From an uncultured Planctomycetaceae bacterium (GTDB lineage Bacteria; Planctomycetota; Planctomycetia; Isosphaerales; Isosphaeraceae): 64,000 nt of DNA. The translations under genes were made by a program, and so were the position numbers. This document shows positions 45,079-54,813 of this stretch, one piece after another (position 1 is the stretch's first letter; each line of letters begins with the position of its first letter). The stretch is taken from NCBI GenBank assembly GCA_963833985.1, contig CAWIAD010000002.1, forward strand, positions 2,176,001-2,240,000, written 5' to 3'. Below the pieces are notes generated by a model, which was not told where the DNA came from, did not search any database, and saw nothing but the letters and a program-made list of their open reading frames with translations.

Positions 45079-46877
45079 ATGCCCCGATCCCGGAAGACTC
45101 TCGAACTCAAGCGCACAGTGCGGCTGGCCGCACTGGGTGCCGGCGTCGCGGTGAGCCTGGCTTTGCTGGCGGGTCTCTGCTTCTGGCTGGAGGACCACCT
45201 GCCTCGTACCGTGCTCTGGCGCCTCAAGCTCGCCGGCCTGCTTGCGCTCGAGCTCGGGTACGGCGTCCTGGTAGCGACCCTCTGTCTGGCGGCTCCGGTG
45301 CTGGCAGTCCTCCTCTACCGGGGACGCAAACAGCCGGGCCCGCGGCCGTCCTGGGCGCGCGTTCTGCTTCTGGCCGCGTCGTTACTGGTCTGTCTTGTCC
45401 TGGCGGAGGGGGCGTCGGCCGTCTGGTGGCAGCGCACGCACCAGAGGGCGGCCTTGCCGATTGGCGGGCTGAGGCGGCCGTACGGAACCAGGAAAGCGTT
45501 TCAGCTCCCCGCAGCGCCGGAACAGATTGCAATGCCGTTGAGCTTTCCTGACTCCACGAAGGACGTGGTGAACCTGGTCATGGTGGGTGAGTCGAGCGCG
45601 GAGGGTGTTCCGTATGACTGGTGGCTGTCCATCGCCACGATGGTCCGCTGGCAACTGGAGGAATTGTTTCCTGGCAGGAGATTCCAGTACCACCTCGTCG
45701 CAACCGCCGGTGATACGCTCGAGGCCCAGCACGCGCGGCTGGCGGAGCTGAAAGTCCGCCCGGACGTGCTCATCGTTTACGCGGGGCACAACGAATTCAC
45801 GGCTCGATTCCCCTGGTCACGCGAGATCAGCCACTATGATGACGGCAAGCTGCCGGGGCGCTCGAACTCATGGTTCAGCAGGCCGAGACGCGCTCGTCGT
45901 TCTGCCGGCTTGTTCGAGAGGGCATCGACAAGTGCCGGGTGGCGCTGCCGCCCCCGCCGGGAGCGAATCGCAGTCTGGTGGATGAGCCGGCCTTCAGCCC
46001 CGCGGAGCTGCACATCCTGCGGAACGACTTCGAGCGGCGCCTGGAGTCCATCGTGAGCTTTGCGCGGCGCGTCGGTGCCGTGCCCATCCTGATCTTGCCT
46101 CCGGGGAACGATTCCGGTTTTGATCCGAATCGCTCGTATCTCCCCTCGAAGACGACGCGGGCCGAGCGGGAGGCCTTCGCCGCACGCTTCCTGGCGGCTC
46201 GGAAGCTCGAGGAAAGCGATCCTGCCGGCAGCCTGACGCGTTATCAGGCCCTGATCGATGAGCAACCCGGATTCGCCGAGCTGCACTACCGGCTGGCGCG
46301 GCTGCATGAACGCTCCGGACACTGGGATCAAGCCTACCATGAAGACGTCGCGGCGCGTGACCTCGACGGACTTCCGGAGCGCTGCCCGACGCCATTTCAG
46401 GAAGCCTACCGCACGGTGGCCAGGCGGCATCACTGCGCGTTGATCGACGGGCAATCGTATTTCCATAAGATCGGATTCCACGGTCTCCTGGACGATCATC
46501 TGTTTCATGACGCGGTCCATCCCTCGCTGCGCGGTCAAATTGCCCTGGCTCAGGCTGTGCTCGTGGCCCTGCAAAAAAGCGAGGCGTTCCAGTGGCCGGA
46601 CGCGCGATCCGTGAGGGTCATCGATCCCGCGCAGTGCGCCAGGCACTTCGGACTGACCTCCTGGTCTTGGCAGAAGATCTGCAACTTTGGGATCATGTTT
46701 TATGATGTGACCTCCGGGGCGCGATACGACCCGGGCGAACGGCTGGCGAAGCGACAGGCATTCGGCGCTGCGCTCGAGCGAATCGCGGCCGGTGCGGATC
46801 CCGGGGCGGTCGGGCTGCCAAATATCGGCCTGCCCGAGCCGGTTCCCCTGGTGCCCGAAGACGTGGTGATTCCCTGA
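45079..46877 (+). CDS. Membrane-anchored SGNH/GDSL-like protein with TPR-like helices, apparent frameshift at ~45865
   Basis: Three N-terminal TM segments, VGESSAEG, YAGHNEF, FHDAVHP and AELHYRLARL. Confidence 0.6.
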
Positions 46878-46935
46878 GCGATCAGCGTGCAGACGTGCTC
46901 ATATCAGCGACAGTTCCCAACCCGATCAACCCACC

Positions 46936-48036
46936 ATGCAACAGCCTTCACTGACGGACTATGAGGCCGCACAGGTGACGCGGATTGCCGCCTGGAAGGC
47001 ACGCAAGCCCGGCGTGCTGCGGCGCTCGCTGGCAACCCTCAAGTGGCCGCTCACCCGCGTTTTCGAGACGCTGCTGCCCTCGAAACGGGCCCGTGGATTG
47101 TTCGAACGGGTGCACCGGGCGGCCGACTGGAAACACGGCCGCAGCTTGATCGAGCGCTCTCTGGGAATCGATCATGTCCACGAGCTTGGCGCCGGTCCGC
47201 TGGAACGCTGCGATGCCCTGGTCAAGAAGGTGACCGACCTCAGCCGCGAGATCATCACCTCGGAAAGCCTGCTGGCCAACGCCGGGGGGCTGGCCACGGA
47301 ACTCCTTCAGTTGCCGGCGGAAATCATGCTCGCCTTGCGTACCGTGCATCGCGTGGCGGCGTGCTACGGCTATGCGCTGGAGGGTCCTCTGGACGAGACG
47401 CTCGTGATCAGCATCATCGGTCTTTCTCTACAGGAGGATCCCGAGGAAAAGCAGCGAACCGCTCGATTCATCCGGGCACTACAGGACGGCAGCCTGGCTC
47501 AGCAGGACCAGCAGCGTGTCACCACCTCCGCGGAGACCCGGCTCGAGGATGAGGTGGGAGACGACCTCGTGCGGGACATCGCTTCCACGCTGGTGGAAGA
47601 GAAGGTCGAGGAGGGCATCCCGCTCCTGGGTGCGGCGATCGGCGTGGTCCTTGACAACGCGTTCATCATTGGCGTCGAGGAAGCCGCCCGATACACGTTC
47701 CAGGAGCGCTGGCTGCGCGACCATGGCAAGCTCGACGAGATTGCCCCGGCGCCGGCGGAGCAAGGAGACGGCAGCACGCTGGGTGAGAACCTGTCCCAGG
47801 CGGTATATTCCACGAGCTACGCCGTCAGCTATGGCGTCGTCTTTCCGGCCGCCTTCGTGAGCTCTGCCCTGACGAGCATCCTTCCCGGGTCCGCAACCAC
47901 CGGTTTCAGCGCAGGCGCCGTCACCGCGGCGCGGGATGCGGATCGGCTCATCGCGGGACTGCGCGGCGAACCGGACCCTGCCCAGGGAGGGGCTGGAGGA
48001 GAGGCTTCAGCTCGTGCTACCGCTCTGAAGGGATAA
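46936..48036 (+). CDS. EcsC family protein
   Basis: Motifs LALRTVHRVAACYGY, IPLLGAAIG...N and FQERWL. Confidence 0.7.
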   Translation: MQQPSLTDYEAAQVTRIAAWKARKPGVLRRSLATLKWPLTRVFETLLPSKRARGLFERVHRAADWKHGRSLIERSLGIDHVHELGAGPLERCDALVKKVTDLSREIITSESLLANAGGLATELLQLPAEIMLALRTVHRVAACYGYALEGPLDETLVISIIGLSLQEDPEEKQRTARFIRALQDGSLAQQDQQRVTTSAETRLEDEVGDDLVRDIASTLVEEKVEEGIPLLGAAIGVVLDNAFIIGVEEAARYTFQERWLRDHGKLDEIAPAPAEQGDGSTLGENLSQAVYSTSYAVSYGVVFPAAFVSSALTSILPGSATTGFSAGAVTAARDADRLIAGLRGEPDPAQGGAGGEASARATALKG

Positions 48037-48559
48037 GGTCGCGGTAGTAGACCGTCGTGCTGCATGGGCCTCCCTGCGGCATGAGCGCGTACCCGGGGAT
48101 ATCGCCGACGCGTACCCATCCCAGGCGCTGGTAGAGCCGTCCGGCATCGCCGCCGGTCACCGCGTCGAGCACGAGCAAGGTTTTGCCACATTCTCGGGCC
48201 GCGGTCTCCGCGGCGCGCATCAGCGCCTCTCCCAGCCCTTGGCGGCGCGCCCGGCGATGCACCAGCATCTTCGCCACGTCAGCACGATGCGGCTGGTTCT
48301 CGGGCATGGCGAGCACCAGTTGCACGGTCCCGCAAACGCCCTGGGCGTCCTCGGCGGCCAGCAGCACGCGTTCACCCGCCGCCACGCCCTGCGCCACACG
48401 GTGCCAGAACGCCAGTGCGCGGTCGCGCGTCAACGGCTGCATGAAGCCCACCGACGCCCCACCTTCGACACAGTCGATCAGGACGTCCGCCAACCCGTCG
48501 ATCGCGGCATCATCCAGTTCGTGCAAGCGGTGCGGCGACCACGGCGTTCGGGTGCTCAT
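48017..48559 (-). CDS. GNAT N-acetyltransferase
   Basis: Motifs DCVEGGASVGF, HRADVAKMLVHRRARRQGLG and LYQRLGW. Confidence 0.88.
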   Translation of the reverse strand: MSTRTPWSPHRLHELDDAAIDGLADVLIDCVEGGASVGFMQPLTRDRALAFWHRVAQGVAAGERVLLAAEDAQGVCGTVQLVLAMPENQPHRADVAKMLVHRRARRQGLGEALMRAAETAARECGKTLLVLDAVTGGDAGRLYQRLGWVRVGDIPGYALMPQGGPCSTTVYYRDLIPSER

Positions 48560-48848
48560 AGGCTCATCCTCGGGTCCGGACACTGGCGAAGGACGAAGAC
48601 TCGAAGTTACGACGGATCGACCCGGAATGGGAAGGCTCATCCAGCGCAAGCACAGGCTGCTGCGATCTCGGAATGACGCGTGGTCAAGCCACCCGCCTTG
48701 GCTGGTTGCGACGGCGGCCTTGAAACGACAAAAAGCGTAACGGGCCCACAACCAGCAGAATGGAAAGCACTCGCGCGGTGCAGGAAACGCCGGCCGGCCA
48801 TGTCGCGGGTGCGCCGGGTTTTGCTCGCGGCAGGCACAAGTCGACAGG

Positions 48849-49211
48849 CTAAGACCGGCTGCGTCGTGGTCTCGGCTTCGAGGACCTGGACCTGTCATTC
48901 TTGCTGACGCGGAGGTTCCAGGCGATCTCCAGGCCCTTGAGCATCTGTTCCGCAGTTGCGTTGGCGAACCGGATGTGCGTGCATCCCATCCGCCCCCAGC
49001 CACCGGGGACCGGCAGGAAGACGTCGGGCGCGTCCGCGACGAGCGTCTGCTGCAACGCTGGCGAGAGCATCAGGTTGCCGAATCCCAGGTGCTGCATGGC
49101 AAGCGTCGCGAAGATGCGGCCGCCAACCCGGAAATCGGCCGCGCCGCCGTGCGACCCTTCCTCCGCGCCGTCAAAGCTGAGCGCCAGCTCACGGAAATCT
49201 TCGGCGTCCAT
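48849..49211 (-). CDS. MmcQ/YjbR family protein
   Basis: Motifs FRELALS, DFRVGGRIFATL and GGWGRMG.T. Confidence 0.8.
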   Translation of the reverse strand: MDAEDFRELALSFDGAEEGSHGGAADFRVGGRIFATLAMQHLGFGNLMLSPALQQTLVADAPDVFLPVPGGWGRMGCTHIRFANATAEQMLKGLEIAWNLRVSKNDRSRSSKPRPRRSRS

Positions 49212-49775
49212 CACGACTGCCCCATTCGTGTGCGATTTTCCTCGAATCCCAGCCATTCCGGCAGACGGGTCGCCATCGTCCGCCGAGGCGCGACGCATCG
49301 CGAGAGCCAGTCGGCCTCAAGTTCGAGCGTCCGCCGAACCGTGGACGGAGGAGCCTCGGAGCATGACGACGGGCGAATTGTGTTTTAGTCTATGGGCCAC
49401 CCGGCGAAACGGACAACGCCATCGTACACTGAATCAGGAGGGCAGAAGGTGCTTCCGAGCAGCAATTCTTCTCGCCGTCAGCGGTTGCGCCGTCGAAGCC
49501 GCAGCGCGCGAGGGAGTGATGCGAATCGACGTCAGAAGAGACCGTTCAGGCCAATGAATCACCGAGGGTAACGTGCGAGGGATTCGTTCCTGTTTGGCGC
49601 TCTGGAATCCGTTTTCCGCGGCAGTACGGATCCCAGGCCGGAGTTCGGCACGGTCGGTTCCGCGGTCTGGGAGAGGACGATCGCGATCTGGTTCTCCTGT
49701 CTGTTTTACGAACACGCCTGCTGCCCCTATGATGTTTCGTAGCACGCAGAGCCTGGAACGCGGGGTGAATACGGG

Positions 49776-52673
49776 ATGAGCCGGTCTCGGTATATCGTCG
49801 GCATTGATCTGGGGACGACCAACTGCGCGGTGGCGTATGTTGACACCAAGGGGCGCGAGCGGCCGGCGGCGGAGATCCGCATGTTCGACGTTCCGCAACT
49901 GGTGGCGGCGGGCGAATCGGCACCGCGGAGCATGCTGCCGTCATTCCTTTACCTGGCCGGCGGGCCGGAGCTGCCGCCGGGTGCAGCGCGGCTGCCCTGG
50001 GGCGACGGCGGCAACCGGATCGTCGGCGAGTTCGCGCGGATCCAGGGCGCCCGCGTGCCCGGCCGCCTGGTGCACAGCGCCAAGAGCTGGCTCTGCCATC
50101 CGGGCGTGGACCGCGAGGCCGACATCCTCCCCTGGGCGCGGGGCCGGAGATCCAGCGCGTCTCGCCCGTCGAGGCGTCGGCGGCCTACCTGCGGCACATC
50201 CGCGACGCCTGGAACCACAGCTTTGCCCTGGACGACCCGGCGCGCCGCCTGGAACAGCAAGAGGTCATCCTCACCGTGCCGGCCTCGTTCGATGAAGCGG
50301 TGCGCGAGCTGACCATCCTGGCCGCGAAGCAGGCCGACCTGAATTCGATCACGCTGCTGGAGGAGCCGCAGGCGGCGTTCTACTGCTGGATCGTCTCGCA
50401 CCAGGACCGCTGGCAGCGCGAGGTGCGGGCCGGCGAGCTCATCCTCGTCTGCGATATCGGCGGCGGCACCACCGACTTCAGCCTGATCACCGTGGTCGAG
50501 ACCCTCACCGGGCCGGGATTCCGCCGCGTGGCCGTGGGCGATCATCTCATGCTCGGCGGCGATAATATCGACCTGGCACTGGCGCACCAGGTGGAGACAA
50601 AACTGGGTGGCGTGCGGCTCGATACCGAGCAGTGGAGTGCCTTGCGCTTCGCCTGCCGGACGGCCAAGGAGAAGCTGCTCGTCGCGCAGCAGCCACTGCT
50701 CGAGCGCTGGCCCGTCACGATCGCCGGGCGCGGGTCGCGGATCATCGGCGGCAGCATCCAGTCGGAGCTGACGCGGCAGGACGTGCAGTCGATCGCGCTG
50801 GACGGGTTCTTCCCCCGGATTGGCCGCAGCGAGGAGCCGCAGCGCGGGGCGAAAACGGGGTTCCAGGAGTTTGGCCTCCCGTTCGTGGCCGACCCGGCCG
50901 TGCCCAGGCACCTGGCCGCCTTCCTGCGCCGGCACCGCTCCGAGGCGATCGGCCAGGGAGGCCACCAGAGCAACGACCGGCCGGCCCGGCCCGACGCGAT
51001 CCTCTTCAACGGCGGTGCACTCACGCCGGAGAGCGTGCGCAACCGGATCGTCGAGGTGGTGGCCTCGTGGTTCGGCGACGATCCGGGTCCGGCGTACTCC
51101 CCGCGCGTGCTCTCGAATTTTTCGCTGGACCTGGCCGTGGCCCAGGGCGCCGCGTACTACGGCGTGGTGCGCAGGGGCGGGGGAATCCGCATTGGGGGCG
51201 GTACGGCGCGTTCGTTCTACGTGGGGCTGGAGACGGGACAGGACGCCAGGCCATGGATGTGCGTGGTACCGCGTGATGCCCAGGAGGGCGACGAGACCAC
51301 GATCGACGGCCACGATTTCGACCTGCTCATGGGCCAGCCGGTGCTCTTCCCGCTGGCCAGCAGCTCGGTGCGGCCCGACGATCGGCCCGGGGACCTGGTC
51401 GCCGCCGACCCGGATTCCATTCGCGAGCTGCCTCCCTTGCAGAGCCTCATGAGGGTGGGCCGCAAGGCCAGGGCGGAGCGCGTGCCGGTGAGCCTGGTGG
51501 CACGAGTGACCGAGGTGGGTACCATCGAGCTCTGGTGCCAGTCGCGTACCGACACCCGCCGCTGGCGCTTGCAAATCCAGCTTCGAGGGCCGTCCGCCCA
51601 ACCCCAGCCGCGGACGACTGTCGCCGGAGTGGAGACCGACCGGGTGATCATCGAGCAATCCGAGCTCGATACGGCCATCGCCGCGATCCGCGATGCGTTC
51701 GCCGCACCGGCCTCGGCGGCTGGGTCCGAGACCGGTCCGGCCCGATTGATCAAGCGGCTCGAAGAGCTGATCGACGTTCCGCGCGACCAGTGGCCGCCCG
51801 CAGCCCTGCGCGCCTGGTGGGAGCCCGTGCGCGACGCGGCCGACCAGCGGCTGAAGAGCCCGCAGCACGAATCGCGCTGGTTCAACCTGGCCGGCTTCGC
51901 CTTGCGGCCCGGCCGCGGCTTCCCGCTTGACGAGATCCGCCTCAAGGCGCTCTGGCCGGTGTTTCACCAGGGAGTGAAGCACACCAGGGACGTGCAGTGC
52001 TGGGCCGAGTGGTGGATCCTCTGGCGGCGCGTGGCGGCCGGCCTGAGCCGCCAGCATCACGACGAGATCCATCGTCGCCTCGCCCCGTTCGTGGTGCCGG
52101 CGAAAGGCACCAGCCCGTCGAAGAAAGCCGGCCGGCCCAAGCCCGAGCCGCACGAGCTTGCAGAAATGTGGCGCTGCGCCGCCAGCCTGGAGCGGCTGGC
52201 GCCGGAGGTCAAGGAGGGATTGGGCAGCTCGCTGGCCAAGGAGCTGTCCCGGCCTTCCATTCCGAACTATCTGCTCTGGTGCCTGGGCCGGCTGGGCGCC
52301 CGCGTGCCGCTCTATGGACTGGCCAACACCGTGGTCCGACGCGAGGCCGCCGAGCGCTGGGTCGACGCGCTCCTCTCCCGCACGTTCGCCCCTGGCCGTG
52401 AGACCAGCGACGCGATCTTCGCCCTCTCTCAGCTTGCCCGCTCTTCCGGCGACCGTGCCCGCGATCTGCCGGAGGAGCTGCGCCAGCCGCGTCTTGAGCC
52501 GTCTCGAAGCACTGGGCGCCGACGAGTCCATTCTCCGCCCCGTCCGCGAATACCACGAGCTGGAAGCCGCACAGGAGAGCATCGCCCTGGGCGACGCGCT
52601 GCCGATCGGGCTGCGGCTGCGGGAGGAAAGTCCGCAACTCTCGCCGGCTGCGGATGCAGAGCCAGGAAAGTAA
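49776..52673 (+). CDS. Hsp70-family protein with extended C-terminal domain (DUF3731-like), apparent frameshifts at ~50135 and ~52488
   Basis: GIDLGTTN, TVPASFDE, EEPQAA, DIGGGTTD, LGGDNID and LFNGG, then a helical C-terminus with WFNLAGFALRPGRG and LGRLGAR.P.YG. Confidence 0.8.
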
Positions 52674-52830
52674 GTCTGGCCGACCGGAGCCAGGCTGCGT
52701 ACGCCCTTGACGTAGTGAGTCCCGACACCTGAAACTTGGGGCAACTTCTAATCTTGCCCGTGACCACTATCAACGCGTCGTGTCGATCTGGAGAAGAAGC
52801 AACTCTCTCACTCACCGGGACGAAACGGCC

Positions 52831-53455
52831 ATGACGACGATCGCACACCCCCCAGCCACCTTGATGTTGCCGCCGGGATTGACGCCTTACCGTCTCAGCG
52901 TCGACCAGTACGAGGCAATGGCTGAGGCCGGGATTTTGACCGAGCGCGACCGGATCGAGCTGATTGAAGGGCTGCTGGTAAGGAAAATGACCAGGAAACC
53001 CGACCACTCCACGGGCTCGGAGAAGTGCCGTCGAAGAATCGATCAGGCGCTGCCGCCCGGCTGGCACACGCGCCAGCAACAACCCATCCGCATCCCTCTG
53101 CGCAACAGTGAGCCTGAACCCGACATCGCCGTGGCTCGGGGCGACCTTGACGATTACGACACCGAGCACCCTGGTCCCGCCGACATCGCCCTCGTCGTCG
53201 AGGTCGCCCACTTCGAGCCTCCTTGCCGACCGGGCCCTCGCGAGAACCTACGGCGGAGGTGGCATTCCCACCTACTGGATCGTCAACCCGATCGACCGGC
53301 AGCTCGAGGTCTACGCGAACCCGACCGGCGGCGGCTATCCCGATCCCACCATGCTCGCCGAATCCGCGGCCGTCGAGCTGATCGTTGCCGGTGAGGTTGT
53401 CGCCCAGATCCCCGTTGTCGATCTCCTTCCTCGTAAGCCGAAGAAAGCCCTCTGA
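52831..53455 (+). CDS. Uma2 family endonuclease-fold protein, apparent frameshift at ~53209
   Basis: Motifs SVDQYEAM, RIELIEG, SEPEPD and LVVEVA, then GIPTYWIVN in the next frame. Confidence 0.85.
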
Positions 53456-53489
53456 GCATGGCCGGAAATTCACGCCGCTTGCTGTGATC

Positions 53490-53526
53490 GGCCTTGCGAT
53501 AGCAAATGGACAAAAAACCAACGCTC
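53490..53526 (+). repeat. Left terminal inverted repeat
   Basis: GGCCTTGCGATAGCAAATGGACAAAAAACCAACGCTC. Confidence 0.75.
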
Positions 53527-53542
53527 CGTCTATCTAAATGGC

Positions 53543-53916
53543 TCATAATTTGATGGAACGCAGCAGGTTCTTGCCGGCCCATCGATCGACTGGCAACTGA
53601 TGCCGGCCGTCCGGATTGATATGCTCGTACCTCGCCGGGGAGAGGTGCGCCAGGTCCTCGGGATCGATCCGCTGCCCCTTGGCCCTCGATCGGTCGATCA
53701 CCGCCCCCATGTAGACCGTGTTCCAGACGATCACGGCGTTGGTCACCAGGTTCAGGCAGCTCGCCTGGTTCGGCTGGCGTCATCGGTGCACCAATTGACC
53801 TGGGCCTTGTCCGCCTTCGTGAGGGTGTAGAAGGTGACCAGGTCCTCCCGGGGGACCTGCGGTGGATATCCAGCCAGCCGTTTCCGTTCGGCTTCGTTGA
53901 AGATCTGCCCCGGCAT
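53543..53916 (-). pseudogene. tnpA: Tn3-family transposase with large internal deletion
   Basis: N-terminus MPGQIFNEAERKRLAGYPPQVPREDLVTFYTLT.AD is joined out of frame to the C-terminus NQASCLNLVTNAVIVWNTVYM...LAHLSP..YEHIN. Confidence 0.8.
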
Positions 53917-53935
53917 GAGCTGGCACCCCCCGCCG

Positions 53936-54463
53936 TCACCACTTCCGCTCGAACTCCTCCTGGATGTGGGAGTCGGTGAAGTTGAGGTAGATGGCGGTCG
54001 TCTGGAGCCGGTCGTGGCCGAGGATCTTCTGGACGGTGGCCAGGCTTATGCCTTTCTCCAGGGCAGTCGCGGCGAAGGTGTGGCGGAGGACGTGCGGGGT
54101 CACGTCCTTGGCGAGGCCCGCCCGGTTGGCGACCTCCTTGATCAGCCCCTGGGCCCGCCGCGGCCGGACGGGGAAGTCCTTGCGAAGGGTGAAGTGATGC
54201 TCCAGCAGGCCGCGTAAGCGGCCGGACATGGGCACGACGCGGACCTTGGACTTCTTGCCGTAGGGGCCGCCCTTGCCCCGGACCCTGAGCTGACGTTGCT
54301 GCCAGAGGACATCCTTGGTGGTCAGGGCGCACAGCTCGTTAACGCGGAGGCCAGTGTCGAGCAGGGTCCAGACGATGAGGTGCTCGGTGGGCGTCTCGCA
54401 GGCGTTGGCAAGGATGTCGGCCTCCTCGGCGGTGAGGGGCTGGCGGACGTACTGGTAGGGCAT
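53936..54463 (-). CDS. Small tyrosine recombinase (putative TnpI-like resolvase)
   Basis: TGLRVNEL (R), GKG (K), PHVLRHT (H-x-x-R), LGH and C-terminal Y (TTAIY), 175 aa. Confidence 0.88.
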   Translation of the reverse strand: MPYQYVRQPLTAEEADILANACETPTEHLIVWTLLDTGLRVNELCALTTKDVLWQQRQLRVRGKGGPYGKKSKVRVVPMSGRLRGLLEHHFTLRKDFPVRPRRAQGLIKEVANRAGLAKDVTPHVLRHTFAATALEKGISLATVQKILGHDRLQTTAIYLNFTDSHIQEEFERKW

Positions 54464-54490
54464 TGCTCCCCCCGAACCGTGCGCTTATAG

Positions 54491-54629
54491 TCACGGAAAG
54501 CGCAAAGATTGCGCCTTCCGCGATTCAGCCTACTCCGGCTGCATGGGGCGGAAAAGGGGCAGATGCCTGAGAAATTTTGGCTCCGGGCATATCGGGCTCG
54601 ATGGGGCACGCGGGGCCCGATTGCGCCTT
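54491..54629. promoter_or_regulatory. Candidate resolution site upstream of the recombinase
   Basis: Inverted repeat TCACGGAAAGCGC-N7-GCGCCTTCCGCGA (54491-54523) and direct repeat GATTGCGCCTT (54507-54517, 54619-54629). Confidence 0.5.
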
Positions 54630-54813
54630 TTTACGCGGAACGCGCGCACCGGGACCCTTCAGAAAGCCATCGCCTTCCTCGTTACTCTTGCGGTTGGGGA
54701 TAATGTCCGGTGGGTGGAACCATGGCGGCTTCGACCCACAGATCCTTGGGAAAAGCGGGACCGGGACCGGGTCGCCACCGCGGGGCTCCTGATTATATCG
54801 GGGACTGAGAGCT

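Noticed and set aside
42349..46056. Apparent 1235-aa fusion of glycogen phosphorylase to a membrane SGNH protein
   Set aside because: The normal phosphorylase end (EYAREIW...P*) is present in a shifted frame ending at 45016, and the next gene has its own ATG at 45079. A 2-bp loss in a GC repeat explains the read-through.
49212..49775. Long intergenic region upstream of the Hsp70 gene as a possible ncRNA
   Set aside because: I could not recognise a riboswitch, tRNA or stable repeat structure by eye. An Rfam scan would be needed.
53936..54463. Integron integrase or prophage integrase
   Set aside because: It is too short, has no visible IntI-specific insertion, no attC array and no phage genes. 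Its position upstream of tnpA fits a resolvase.
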